DNA of 64,000 bases, from the NCBI GenBank assembly GCA_964016885.1, contig OZ024742.1:122264001-122328000 (forward strand), read 5' to 3'. Positions 1 to 12,919 of the stretch are shown in pieces. The translations under genes and the position numbers were made by a program. Below the pieces are notes generated by a model. It did no database searches, had not been told where the DNA came from, and saw nothing but the letters and a program-made list of their open reading frames with translations. Positions within the stretch are counted from its first letter, which is position 1. Every line of letters begins with the position of its first letter. The stretch is from Eledone cirrhosa. Lineage: Eukaryota.

Positions 1-33
1 TAAAATTAAGGGACCGTATATGTATCCAAAATT

Positions 34-247
34 AAATATATTTCACCAATTAATCGGTAAATCCCAGTAGTCAAATCCCGGATGGTCACCAAAGGAGAAG
101 ATCCATTTTTTTTAAAAATGCAACACGTGGTACGAGTCATTCACAGATTTGCATTTGCTGTGTAAACACAGATAGTTGGATCTTCTCCTTTGGTGACCAT
201 CCTAATTTGACTACTGTGATTTACCGATTAATTGGTGAAATATATTT
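34..247. repeat. Inverted repeat, arms ~34-105 and ~177-247, ~70 bp spacer
   Basis: AAATATATTTCACCAATTAATCGGTAAATC...GGATGGTCACCAAAGGAGAAGATCCA is the near-exact reverse complement of TGGATCTTCTCCTTTGGTGACCATCC...GATTTACCGATTAATTGGTGAAATATATTT. Confidence 0.9.
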
Positions 248-528
248 TTTATTTAAAGAAATATATACAAAGGAGATTAATCATTTTAAAAGGTATCTAT
301 ATTTGAAGTTCTAGTTAAACTTTAATTAGTTACCTACCTAGCTATGTGTGCTTACACACTTTACAAATTATTCCCTGTGATTGTTTCATATGTTTATTTT
401 ATATATATATATGTCAATCTATTTCTAGTTGATATAAAATGCTCGGATCTATTCATTGGAATCTATGAGCTTATTATGCAGTGGGTATGGTGCATGTCTC
501 TCAGACATCACACCCTTAATTTAATTTT

Positions 529-594
<66 letters not shown>

Positions 595-596
595 AA

Positions 597-683
597 TGGT
601 CCGACAAGCCATTGATTACAGAGTCGGGCTAGATCGATACATATCGAATCTTGAGCTGATCACTGGCGAAACGCGCGTCACCA
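597..683 (+). ncRNA. Hammerhead-like motif with non-canonical core (CCGACAA) and long stem II; copies at 2444-2530 (-) and 31784-31869 (+)
   Basis: UGGU-CCGACAA-GCCA...UGGC-GAAA-CGCGCG-UC-ACCA. Stems I and II and the palindromic stem III pair, but the core deviates from CUGANGA. Confidence 0.55.
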
Positions 684-769
684 GCGAATAAAAGTAATGA
701 AGGAGTAACCACTCGTCCTTGTTTTATTATATACCCACACACACACACACAAATATATATATATGTGTA

Positions 770-843
<74 letters not shown>

Positions 844-1806
844 TAACAAATGGAAACTATATTTATAAAAGCATATTTATTTCATTATACATATTTCAAG
901 GACACCAAAGCAAATTATGGTGCGCTTTCATCATATAAAATATAATATAGATCAATTTTATAAAACAAATATTGACATACCCTTAAAGAATAAGACCATC
1001 GGCTCTCATTTGTTAATATATTGTATTTTTACTCCAATAATTTGTTGAGTGCTTTATATCAGTTATAAAAATATTTGCTTGTTGTATCCCAACAAATTAA
1101 ATATAACTTCTACATATATATATATATTTGTTTTGCAAGGTTTTTGATATTAAATGTGTCGAAACAAATATTGTTATACATGGGGAGTGTTGTAATAATA
1201 TTGCCAGAAATAATAACAGAACACATTCACTGTTTGGTTGGTTTTCGCTTCTGTATCTTTTATATCTCCATAGTTAATTCATTTGACAATCAACATTTAT
1301 CATTGATTGACCAACGGTCAAATAAAATAAAAATGGCGTAGACATTACAATTCAATACAATAGGAGGGAACATAATGGTAGTACCACTGATGATATTTCA
1401 GATGTGCTACGAAAGAACTTTGATAGACTATATATACATAATTATATCTGTATTTTTAACCGTTGGTCAATCAATGATAAATGTTGATTGTCAAATGAAT
1501 TAACTATGGAGATATAAAAGATACAGAAGCGAAAACCAACCAAACAGTGAATGTGTTCTGTTATTATTTCTGGCAATATTATTACAACAATATGACCCTC
1601 CCCAAGTATAACAATATTTGTTTCGACACACCATTTAATATCAAAAACCTTGCAAAACAAATATATATATATATGTAGAAGTTATATTTAATTTGTTGGG
1701 ATACAACAAGCACATATTTTTATAACTGATATAAAGCACTCAACAAATTATTGGAGTAAAAATACAATATATTAACAAATGGAAACTATATTTATAAAAC
1801 CATATT

Positions 1807-1871
1807 TATTTCATTATACATATTTCAAGGACACCAAAGGAAATTATGGTGCGCTTTCATCAGATAAAATA
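1807..1871 (-). ncRNA. Type I hammerhead ribozyme, PLE pLTR family B
   Basis: UAUUUUAU-CUGAUGA-AAGCGCACCA...UGGUGUCCUU-GAAA-UAUGUA-UA-AUGAAAUA, with an 8-bp stem I. Damaged copies lie at ~878-941 (-, C3 to A), 2017-2075 (+, SINE-interrupted) and ~53825-53888 (-, core deletion). Confidence 0.85.
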
Positions 1872-2075
1872 TAATATAGATCAGTTTTATAAAAAATATT
1901 GACATACCCTTAAAGAATGCGACCATGTCGGTTGGAAGCTCTCGGGAGATTCCAACCGACATGGTCGCATTCTTTAAGGGTATGTCAATATTTTTTTATA
2001 AAACTGATCTATATTATATTTTATCTGATGAAAGCGCACCATAATTTGCTTTGGTGTCCTTGAAATATGTATAAT

Positions 2076-2262
2076 TGTTTCTATTTTAGGCACAAGGCCA
2101 GCAATTAACCAGTACATTACTGGTACTTTATTTTATCGACCCCGTAAGGATGAAAGGCAAAGTTAACCTCGGCGGGATTTGAACTCAGATCGTAAAGGGA
2201 CGTAACTTGATGCTTCAAAGCATGGTGTCCGACTCTCTACCGATACTGCCAATCCACCGCCC
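2076..2262 (-). mobile_element. Full-length tRNA-derived SINE with 15-bp TSD
   Basis: 5' end GGGCGGTGGATTGGCAGTATCGGTAGAG (A box), GAGTTCAAATCC (B box), 3' end ...TAGAAACA. TSD TGAAATATGTATAAT at 2061-2075 and 2263-2277. Confidence 0.92.
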
Positions 2263-2317
2263 TGAAATATGTATAATGAAATAAATATGGTTTTATAAAT
2301 ATAGTTTTCATTTGTTA

Positions 2318-2371
<54 letters not shown>

Positions 2372-2532
2372 TACATATATATATATTTGTGTGTATATAA
2401 TAAAACAAGGACGAGTGGTTACTCCTTCATTACGTTTATTCGCTGGTGACGCGCGTTTCGCCAGTGATCAGCTCAAGGTTCGATATGTATCGATCTAGCC
2501 CGACTCTGTAATCAATGGCTTGTCGGACCATT

Positions 2533-2607
<75 letters not shown>

Positions 2608-2697
2608 TATATAGTAATAATAATAAATTTGAAGACTAAAATCCAAGAGGGCTCGATAAGGATAAATATATATCAAATATATAAAAACCGTATAGCA

Positions 2698-2751
<54 letters not shown>

Positions 2752-2785
2752 AGATTTGAATGGATACAGTTTAGTTGAAAGGAAT

Positions 2786-2906
2786 TTATTGACACGTGTT
2801 TTTATAACAGTTACATAACCTGAAAACAGCTGCTATCTACAAAGTATTAGTTATGCAGACATTCAATATTTCAATGTTAATATCTACTGTCATTTCATCA
2901 GAATAA
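2786..2906 (-). ncRNA. Degenerate type I hammerhead with ~95-nt stem II domain (G12 to A)
   Basis: UUAUU-CUGAUGA-A-AUGACAGU...ACUGUUAU-A-AAAA-CACGUG-UC-AAUAA. Confidence 0.6.
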
Positions 2907-3066
2907 TATTACTGAGGATCTCTTTGGTTTTTATAGAGAATATTAGGAGGGAGGGGTGAAGTTGTTAGAAGAATAGTTGAGGGAGTGGTTTTTTGATACC
3001 AGTGAGAATTTTTTTTTTTTTTTTATATATATATATATATATATATTTTTTATATATATATATATA

Positions 3067-3120
<54 letters not shown>

Positions 3121-3174
3121 AATGGTCCGTCAAGTCATTTTGAGAAAAACCACAGACCCTCCATCTCAACTCTA

Positions 3175-3210
3175 CTTTTGAAAAGCAGAAGAACTGCGAA
3201 ACCGGTAAAG
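3175..3210 (+). ncRNA. Minimal type I hammerhead, U3-A8 variant
   Basis: CUU-UUGAAAA-GCAG-AAGAA-CUGC-GAAA-CCGG-UA-AAG. A related decayed tail lies at ~39645-39797. Confidence 0.75.
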
Positions 3211-3342
3211 GAACCAAATAAATATATATATTTAAAAAAAAAATAAGACTCCAGTTGCATTTTCGATTTCATCTTTTTTTCTTTATACTTTCACTGGTGT
3301 AGGACACCTCGGTTATTTTTCATTTTGTAAAAAAACCCTCAC

Positions 3343-3448
<106 letters not shown>

Positions 3449-3984
3449 TTTGGAGGGCACATTTGCAATTATCTTGCCACTATAACTAGTGGATCCCACT
3501 ATAACTGCTGGTGCAGTCTACACTTGCAGAAACCCATGGGTCTGGGGCAATATTTCGTATTGAATGAGTAAATGAGAGCAACCACGCTATAGAAAATCTT
3601 TCTACCATAGCCTCGGTAACTAAAATGTTTTCTTCCCACTTCAGAGAACAGCTGAGTAGAAGGTACTTTCATTATTCTATTGTCTCAGTATTCCTTTGCA
3701 ATTCTGTTAATTATTGTCCGAATGGTTGCCCAATTGCAAGAGGGCCCACGGTAGCATTGCAGGGCCCCACTATAGGGGCCAATGCTTTGCTTTCAAAACA
3801 TATCTTTAAAAAAATGTCTCAGAGAAAGAATAAACCTTAAAAAAAAAAAAATCAAATAAGCAATTCCCTAGGGATATATGATGGTGATAAAAGTTAAAAT
3901 AATTGGTTGTCTAGAGATATATGTCTGTGCTTGTGTGTTGGTGTGTCTATATATGAATACACAGTGACACTTATCTTATAATCT

Positions 3985-4130
3985 ACAGTTGTTGTCTTCC
4001 TGTTTCTTCGACAACAACTACAACAGTACGCGATGGGGCCCACCCACACCTCGGCGGACAGAATGCGCTGGAAGAGCCACTCCAACTCGCGGGGCTCACA
4101 CCTGCGGCTGGCCAGCTCAGCGGCTATGGT
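3985..4130 (-). mobile_element. 3' fragment of a CRE-like (restriction-like endonuclease) non-LTR retrotransposon
   Basis: Minus frame TIAAELASRRCEPRELEWLFQRIL resembles the C-terminal EPRExxWLFQR(I/L)S motif of CRE-type elements. It is similar to 43540-43700. Confidence 0.5.
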
Positions 4131-4202
4131 AGTGAGTAAGGAGTTGGATGTCTAAATTTATAGCTTACTGAATTCATGTATACATACATGGACACACACA
4201 TA

Positions 4203-4280
<78 letters not shown>

Positions 4281-4435
4281 CTTACATATACATACGAGTT
4301 GCTGGCCAAATGATTTTTGATATCAATGGATTAAGGACATAAGTAAATTCAATTAGTGGTCAATTCTTCAGTCTAAAGTCCCTAGGGAGAATGAGTTGCC
4401 AATTGGTTTTTGTACAAGTTGAAAACATATATATG

Positions 4436-4521
<86 letters not shown>

Positions 4522-7446
4522 AGTAAATCTAGATATACACACATATATGTACATACATACACTCCCACATATATATATTGCACGAGTATGAAAGAGATAT
4601 GGTCATTATTGAAAGTCTCTGGATGTGTATAGTTCGCAAGTTACTTTATATAAAAATTCAATTATAACATTCTGTATTAACATTTAGTATTACTGTATAT
4701 GGCAGTAATATGTACAGTATATATACACTATAATTAGTAAAAAATGCACAATTTTTCTGCAAAAATTTCATTGCACTGTTTTGCTTTTACTTATGTGTTT
4801 AATAACTGCGGTTTATTTCAAAATATACCATGATTCAATTTTCCCGCCGGCACAGTCCCTAAATGTGGTTCTCCCACACGTAATAGCATTACTTGCAATC
4901 AACTACTTGGTAATGGTAACTGATCTACAGATGGAACTGTATATGGATACCATAACTCTCTTGTATTTAAATAACATCAGCTGACGAAGCACTGCAGTAA
5001 TTTGGTAGGCATATGCAGAAACTCATGGGACAATACCTCGAGCAACCATCCATTACAAATATACATTGTGTTAGCACTGTGATAATGGTTGGTTCGTGTA
5101 TACTGTCAAGCTATTTCGTATATAGCAACCGGGCTATAGAAAATCTTTTTACTATCGCCACTGTACCTAAAGACTTAGCTATGCGTTTTTTTTTAGCCTA
5201 TCAATTTGATATGCGTCATCCAAACCAGGCTGTTTCCCTCTATTTTCCCTTTTTACCTTTTCTATGGATATTACAGGTTATTAAATAATGTTCAATTACG
5301 AAGTAGAATAACATCGGTAGGAAAGAAAAGCCTGCATTTTTTGCTTATATCGCAAATTCAATAGAATATATGTCATTAAATTTATTTTTCTTGGAATGAA
5401 GAAATTTGTGTTTATCTGTTATACTGCAGAGTTTATTTCAAAAATAGCTTGTTATGCATAGATATACACGCGCACAAACACATATTGAGTAACCGGAAAA
5501 TTGGGAGAGAAAGTGGAAGATATAAACTGTTATCTGCGATGCATGACTAGTGTTTTATTTTGACGATTGTACCATTCATTCAAATACGTGTATTCCAAAT
5601 CCCTTAACTTGCGAGAAAGGTGAGTTGCATGAGCAGCAAATATTCTATACAATATTATAACGCCTGTTGGTCACGTGTGGCAATTTACGAGTTTTAGAAA
5701 TGTATATAGTGTCATTTGAAAGTCGATCGATGGACTTCCTTCTGTGTAGACGAAGATGGTGTCAGTTGTTCGATTAATGGCACAGTTCGTAAAAGAAATC
5801 TACATGTAAGTCACTAAGTTATCGACAGTAATGTGTACCCTTAAGGGCATTGTGAATCGAATTCAGCCTGAAAGTGCATAACAAAGAAGGCCATATATCG
5901 CATCCGATTGGCTTCCAAACAGTTGACACTTACCTAAGTTGTTTTACACTATGCAGGTTGGTGCGAGGCTAATTTTAAATGACACTTGACCAAGATACAA
6001 CGCTGTGGGAACAAACCCGATTCCTAATAATGGAAAACCGAACCTTTTATTATTCGATCATGGTTCACTCACCATTTGACAGGATACGGATTGACGACAT
6101 TTAACTTTATTGTAGAATAGGATGTACCACACAAAATATATGCATTCACATGTGCACTGGTTCACAGATAGTGATATGCGCATGATATTTATCGAACTGA
6201 AAAATAAATTTCATTTGTGATTTATTCGGTGCCTGAAATGCATAATTGGAGAGAGCAATACAATTATCTCTAATGAATCTATAGAATCATTTATTGTTAC
6301 ACCTACTTGTATAAAAGGTCTAAATTATATTATTAAATTCGCAGCCGGCAACGAATTCTCATGTTTCATCGTAACACTAATGACATTAAAAATATTTTTC
6401 ACAGAGAACTGTATTCCTATGCTTGTTTCTAATTTCATAAATATAATGTTTGTCAAATTGAAACATTTATTACTGTAATTATGTATTTAATTTTTTTTAA
6501 ATGAATGAATATAACATGCCAGTCCAGTTATATGAAGTATATGTTTGCGTATTTTAAGTAGCGTTTCAATATAGGGGTCAACTTCAAATGATATTCAGGT
6601 GATCTACTCCTTACACATATAACTAAAGCCTACACGGAGAACATTGAACGCATTTAAGGATTTATAGCTTTTTTACTCAATTGTCTAAACTAGAAATTAT
6701 TATAATTAAAGTATTCATTTCCTCGGAACATAGAAGATTGCAATAAAACCAGTATGTATTTGGTATTTGCTTTGCCCGTTCTCATGAAATGAATGGCATA
6801 TGTAAGGAAGCGGAGGGACAGGAATTCAAAATTAATAGGTATTTTATAAACAACTTGAAATTGTGTATTTTGTTATGAGAAAAATACCGATGTACAAACA
6901 TCATTTTATTTTTTTTTTTGTATTTCTTACTCGGTTCTTATTGATGCACATCATAACAAGCATATTAAATTTAATCACCATGCTGACAAATCAGCTATTC
7001 TGCACTCTCTTGCATGTAATATGTGCAAATTTAAGGCTAACAAATAATATGCATTTTCTGAATTCAGAAATATTTAAATGAGGCTTCACCAGCATTATAC
7101 TTGCGACAAAATATTCAGTTTACTTCAGTGTAATAGAAGATCGATAGCCATCTCTTCTATTTCTCTATGACCCTATAAAAATATTGAATTTCTCTTTATA
7201 ATGTTGCTCTGATGTCACGCTGCTTATGACTTACGTAGCTTTAAGTTATATCACTAAAACGTATTGTTTTTCATCATTCAGTATAAATTGCTGGATTCCA
7301 ACTGCTAACCGAAAGCATCTATTCTCTAGCGTCATCGGTGATCTTTATTTTATGTATTACCTGAATGGTGGCTACGATTTTCGTTTGATGTTGTATACCT
7401 GAAAAGTTAAATGGAAAAATTGAAAAACAATAATCCATATATATAA

Positions 7447-7517
<71 letters not shown>

Positions 7518-7583
7518 TATATACTTTTATAAATTTCAGTTGTATAAAAACGGCCATGCTTGAGCCTTGCAATTTTCGTAGCT

Positions 7584-7656
7584 AGTCCCCTGTGAGAATG
7601 GAACTCATGAGAACTAGTTTACAAGATCAGTCCATTTACCACTGAGTTATGGAGGC
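7584..7656 (-). pseudogene. tRNA-Thr(TGT)-like pseudogene
   Basis: The 73-nt GCCTCCATAACTCAGTGGTAAATGGACTGATCTTGTAAACTAGTTCTCATGAGTTCCATTCTCACAGGGGACT has anticodon loop CTTGTAA and recognisable A/B boxes, but mismatched D and acceptor stems. Confidence 0.7.
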
Positions 7657-7726
7657 ACATATATATTGATTCCACTACACAATCACTTATAAATAAATAT
7701 GAAAACAATTATATGTACACATATTA

Positions 7727-8096
7727 GGGCGGTGGTTTGGCAGTATCGGTAGAGCGTCAGACACCATGTTTTGCAGCATAGTTATGGCCCTTTGAGTTCT
7801 GAGTTCAAATCCGCCGAGATTAACTTTGCCTTTCATCCTTACGAGGTCGATAAAATAAAGTACCAGTGGTGCACTGGAGTAACGCTGGTCTTGTGCCAAA
7901 AGTAGAAACTAAGGGCGGTGGATTGGCAGTATCGGTAGAGGGTCGGACGTCATGCTTTGCATGAGTTACAGCCTTTTAGGGTCTGAGTTCAAATCCAGCT
8001 GAGGTTAACTTTGCCTTTCATCCTTACGGGGTCGATAAAATAAAGTGCCAGTAATACACTGGGATAATTGGTGGCCTTGTGCCAAAAGTAGAAACA
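7727..8096 (+). mobile_element. Head-to-tail dimer of the tRNA-derived SINE (7727-7910, 7913-8096)
   Basis: Both units start GGGCGGTGG(T/A)TTGGCAGTATCGGTAGAG and end GTAGAAAC. The near-identical flank AATTATAT(G/T)TACACATAT lies on both sides of the dimer. Confidence 0.9.
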
Positions 8097-8129
8097 ATTA
8101 TATTTACACATATACATATGTACACGCGC

Positions 8130-8160
<31 letters not shown>

Positions 8161-8256
8161 ATGTGACGTGTCAACCAAATAAGTTAAGCTTGTATAGTTA
8201 TTTTCAAAAGATAAAGTACACGACATGAACAGATACGCAAATTCAGCTGTGATATA

Positions 8257-8879
8257 TATGATTTTTAATGCAATGAAATATCTATGATCGTCGGCAAATC
8301 ACTGATGAGGGACTTATTTTATTACATGTTATCCATGTGCAACCTGCAGTATTCTTCTCCCCATTTTTTCACATATATTTACCTAAACTGCGATTCTGTT
8401 TTTTCTCTCTCTCTCTCTTACTGCTCCCTCGTTCTCTCTGTTTCTCCTACTTTCTTTCGCCCCCTCTGTCACGTCAGTTAACTCTTCCTCACACTTCCAC
8501 TCACTCACTCACTGTTTCTCCTCTTCTCACTTCACCCCGTTCGAGACGAAAACATTTTCTCTCTTTCTCACATTTGGATTCGTTCCCGAAAGGTCTTTTT
8601 TCTAAGCGCTCATATATTCACCTAGCTTATGCTAACAGAATAACTATGTAGCTTGTTTCCTTCCTTCTACGGTTAGCTCTCCTCTTTGTTGTTATCTTGT
8701 CTCACTCGCTTTACGCGTTTTAATTGTCCTAATAACTTAATTTAGTTATTATTGCACCGAGGTGAGGTATATGATTTTTAGTGCAATGAAATATCTATGA
8801 TCGTCGGCAAATCACTGATGAGGGACTTATTTTATTACATGCTATCCATGTGCAACCTGCAGTATTCTTCTCCCCATTT

Positions 8880-8883
<4 letters not shown>
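8257..8883 (+). repeat. Partial tandem duplication (~113-bp direct repeats 8257-8370 and 8770-8883, period 513) ending at (TA)n
   Basis: TATGATTTTTA(A/G)TGCAATGAAATATCTATGATCGTCGGCAAATCACTGATGAGGGAC...CCCCATTTTTTCA occurs twice. Confidence 0.9.
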
Positions 8884-8918
<35 letters not shown>

Positions 8919-8921
8919 CAT

Positions 8922-8983
<62 letters not shown>

Positions 8984-11900
8984 TTTGAAAGTCAGAATTC
9001 TCAGAATGTTCATGTATCTATCAAAATTGAAATAGAAAACTTATTACTACTAGGACATTACTACTACATATCCGATAGGAAATTTATAATAGAGTTACAT
9101 ACGAATTAGAATAGCTTATCCACCGACATATTTCGGGAGAATTCACCTTCATTACTAAACAACGTCGCTCTTCAATGGAAACGATTATAATTTTAATCAA
9201 ACTAAAATCAGCAGTATATACTGATATCATAAGTTATGTGCCTGTAAATGATACAAATACACACACACGCACATATACTATGATTAGTATTATTTATTAA
9301 TTGTATGATTAGTATTATTTATTATTTATATTAATAATAGTTTTCAGGTCACATTCCTGAGAAATATATACTATCAATATTATGTCATCAATATCTGTTA
9401 ATATCTGTCGAATATGTCGTACACAAATTGCCGTGGATATGGGACTAAAATCAATAATCCACATAATGATATTAGTTATATTTGTTAGTAATGACCCTAC
9501 TGTCTGACGATTAAAAACAGAGAAAATAATTCAAATAATCAATGAAATAGCGCGATTAAGATGTCGAAGATCATGATTGTAAAATTCTTCAATCGATATA
9601 TTACACGTCAATATCAGTAGATATTTACAATTTGCTATCATCTACCGTAATTGTCTAATGTCATCATGTTTCCTGTAACGATGGAAATCATTGTAACATC
9701 GTTCTAACAATTTTATATACGTAAATAAGACCATTATTTCTCTAATTGGTCCACAAGACACTTAGCAAACACCTGAAACCGAACGCCAAATTGCACTCAT
9801 GATTCCTGCTAAACCAACCTGCAAACCACCTTCCAAAATCGGCACAACGACCGCTGACCACCCACCTTCCCAAATTCGGCAAACCGAACGGTACCGCAAC
9901 AGCTAACAAATGGGGTATACGTTATCAAGCTGAAACCCTCATATTATGTAGTTTCTATATAATAAAGCTACTGAAGCTATTATTACTAGCAGCATATATT
10001 ATATGACCCAACACTTTCATTCTATTTTACTGAATATTGTGACAATTTATCCCGAAACCATGTAGTGCGATATGATCACCGAATTTGATGTTAGTACGTA
10101 CCATTGGCAAAATATTACACCTCTATCAGTACAACTAATTTAAACTGACACTAATATCTCACTAACATAACATTAAGTTGGGGCGATAAGACATGAAGCC
10201 AATTACATGAACGCTGATCATAAAAGAACGTAACAAATTTTCACGACTAATTAAAGGATTTCCTGCCGTGAGTATATCTATTTGCAAGAAATCTAGGACT
10301 ACATTACCAAATGTGTTCTCTTCTCAAACTTTGGTGTCTTACTTGCGTGAAATTTTGCTGCTATTTCTAACAAGTCCAGCGACTATTTAGATGCTCTATT
10401 GTTGGATCAGCTTGTATGGAATGTACTGGATGGTGAATTAGTTGTTTCCTACACTAATATGAGTTACAATTCAATCTAATGAAAAAATCTTATTCAAATG
10501 ATATATTTGAATGTACATTTCGTGTTTAGATGTTAATCGGTGAATGTGTCAGCATAACTTTTAAGGATGAATATTCATTAAAGAATTTTGAAAAACAAGT
10601 GGTATGTTTTCGTATTGTTATCATCAGATTAAATGAGCGTAGTGGATAAAGTACTAGTAATGCACCTAAGTCGGTTTAATCGATTTAAAAGGAAAAAGAA
10701 TATGTTGGCCTTGTGCCTAAATCAGAAACCATAAAGCAAAAAAATAGAAATTAATTATCACATCAGTGTGGTGAATTTACGGGTTTGTTAGAGCGTCGGA
10801 CACATTTTAAAAAGTATTTAAGGTTATTTATTTTCTGAGTTGAAAATCCTGTTTGTGTTTCATCTTTCTAAGGTCGATAAAATAAAGTACCTGTCAAACA
10901 CTCTGTAACATTTAGAAACCATTATTTCATGAAAAAATATTTAAATTGTGTGCACAATTTCTCTTAGAGACGGTGAAGAAAGTACGCAATTTCATCAGCA
11001 ACTGTAATCTACATTCTAACGAAAGGAACTTGATTTTGGACAAGAAACATGCTTCTGTCTATCAGGTCTAATCAATATGGTTTAATCAAGATCAGTTGTT
11101 ATAGATATTTGCACAAGGACACAGTTTTACGAATACCTTTTGTCAATATAATTTAGATAATTAGACATAAAATAGGTGATTTATAATCTGATGAATGAGA
11201 TAATGTAGGATATATTTAATGTCGTACGCAACAATTCTTTATTAACAATTTTGTTACAGTTGAACAACACAATTAGATACCTAGCGTTAATATTGAGCGG
11301 CTTTCTAAGAAACAAATGAGTTAGATGTATCTCAGTTATCCTTTTTTCATTATGTTATTTCTATTTGATCTATCATATAATGCATCATTTCAGTTATTTT
11401 CAATTCACCTTGAAGTTGCTGCTGTTCAAAATGTTCAGGATGGCGTCCAATTAATTTGAAGGTATTGATGCTTGGGTGTTCATATACTCCAATGTAATTT
11501 ACTGAAATTATTTAAATTCAAAAGGCTATGAACTAATTAAACTCCTACTTTAATCTATCATGTTCTCATCTGTGTATGATAAATATAAATTAAACATAAA
11601 TATAAACGATATTTTCAATTGAAATTTCATGTATGTTTTTACTGTCTAGTAGGGCAGGAAAGGGAAGCACCCAGGGCAGTATATATTTAAGAGAATTCGA
11701 AACTAGTGTAAAGTTATTCACAAAACGAATATCTGGCCCCAAAACCTGCAAATGTCTCCACGAACAAAATTAGAACGCAAAGAAGATGGATCAATACACT
11801 GACGCTTATAGCCTTACACCGAGGTAATTGCTCTAAAGCCATTTCCTTCCCGAGCACTTTATCTTATCGAACCCACAATGATGTAAGGCAGCGTTGAATT

Positions 11901-12919
11901 TGGTGGGATTTGAACTCAGAGTGCAGGTATTCGGAACTCATACAGCATGTCACCTTAGAGACTGTTTTATTCTTAGCTTCAACAAAGCTATTATATAACG
12001 ACATATAATATAAAATATGCATATATAACATATAATTGTACTTCATTTAGAAGTTTGAAGATGTTGGAACAAGTATAACGAAACTGAAAAATAATAAGAT
12101 TTCAAATATCAATTCATGAAGAATTAACTAAATACAATAGTGATCGAAAGCTGACCATTCCCTTCGGCATATGAATTAAATAATACGAACTAAGAGAAAT
12201 CATTTAACTGCAGTGAAAATCTAACAGTAGATGACACTCAGAGTTAGAGATATATATTCAGAGACTACAGTAATCAATTTTTAAATCAATCAAGGTGAGT
12301 AATTAAAAGCAATATTCAATACGAAAATTGATTATTAATTGAATGTTTTCAAAACAGTGTGTGTTTAGGGCAAATAACGAATTTATTAAGTGATTTTAAG
12401 AATTAAAAAAATTCTATAGCTATATCTTTTTCTATCTCCTGTGCAAATATGATAACGACGGGATAGCGACATATCTTTGATTTTTGAAAACTTCTCTCGT
12501 ATTATTGTTAATTATCTAAAGAAAAGTAAACAACTAAAACTCTATTAATTTTGGGAGCAAGGTAGAGATTATAAGAGGTATAATGTATTATTGCAGAACA
12601 TAAAGGAATTTAATTGATATTGTCATTGTGCTAAACATATGCAAGTTTTATAAAAGACACAGAGATTTCTTCATAAATGAAATCACTTCTCCTTTCCGCG
12701 CTTGGATATATAATTATAAGAGTGTATGTCATAGTCCGTGCGTGTGTGTATTTGACTGCGTTTGTGTGTGTGTATTATATGCAGAAATATCAATTGTATT
12801 CATGTTTCCCAGCAAAAAGCAATGTAGATTATGTTTTTAAATGTTTTACTTTGGTCCATCTATGCTGTGTGTTCAAATCCTTCTCTGATCAGATATTTTG
12901 TGGCTTTAAGTGAGCAAGT

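Larger units (their letters stand above)
531..2603. mobile_element. Nested palindrome of PLE 3'-end (pLTR) fragments bounded by (TA)n
   Basis: 592-733 is the reverse complement of ~2396-2535. ~838-990 is the reverse complement of ~1970-2075 plus 2263-2325. ~1008-1317 is the reverse complement of ~1458-1781. A further hairpin has its apex at 1938-1949. The segments match the PLE tails at 29300-29510 and 31780-31918. Confidence 0.85.

Noticed and set aside
4027-4131. 105-bp GC-rich block with AG and GTGAGT borders that looks like a host exon
   Set aside because: The opposite strand reads EPRELEWLFQRI, a CRE-like LINE C-terminal motif, and no partner exons were found.
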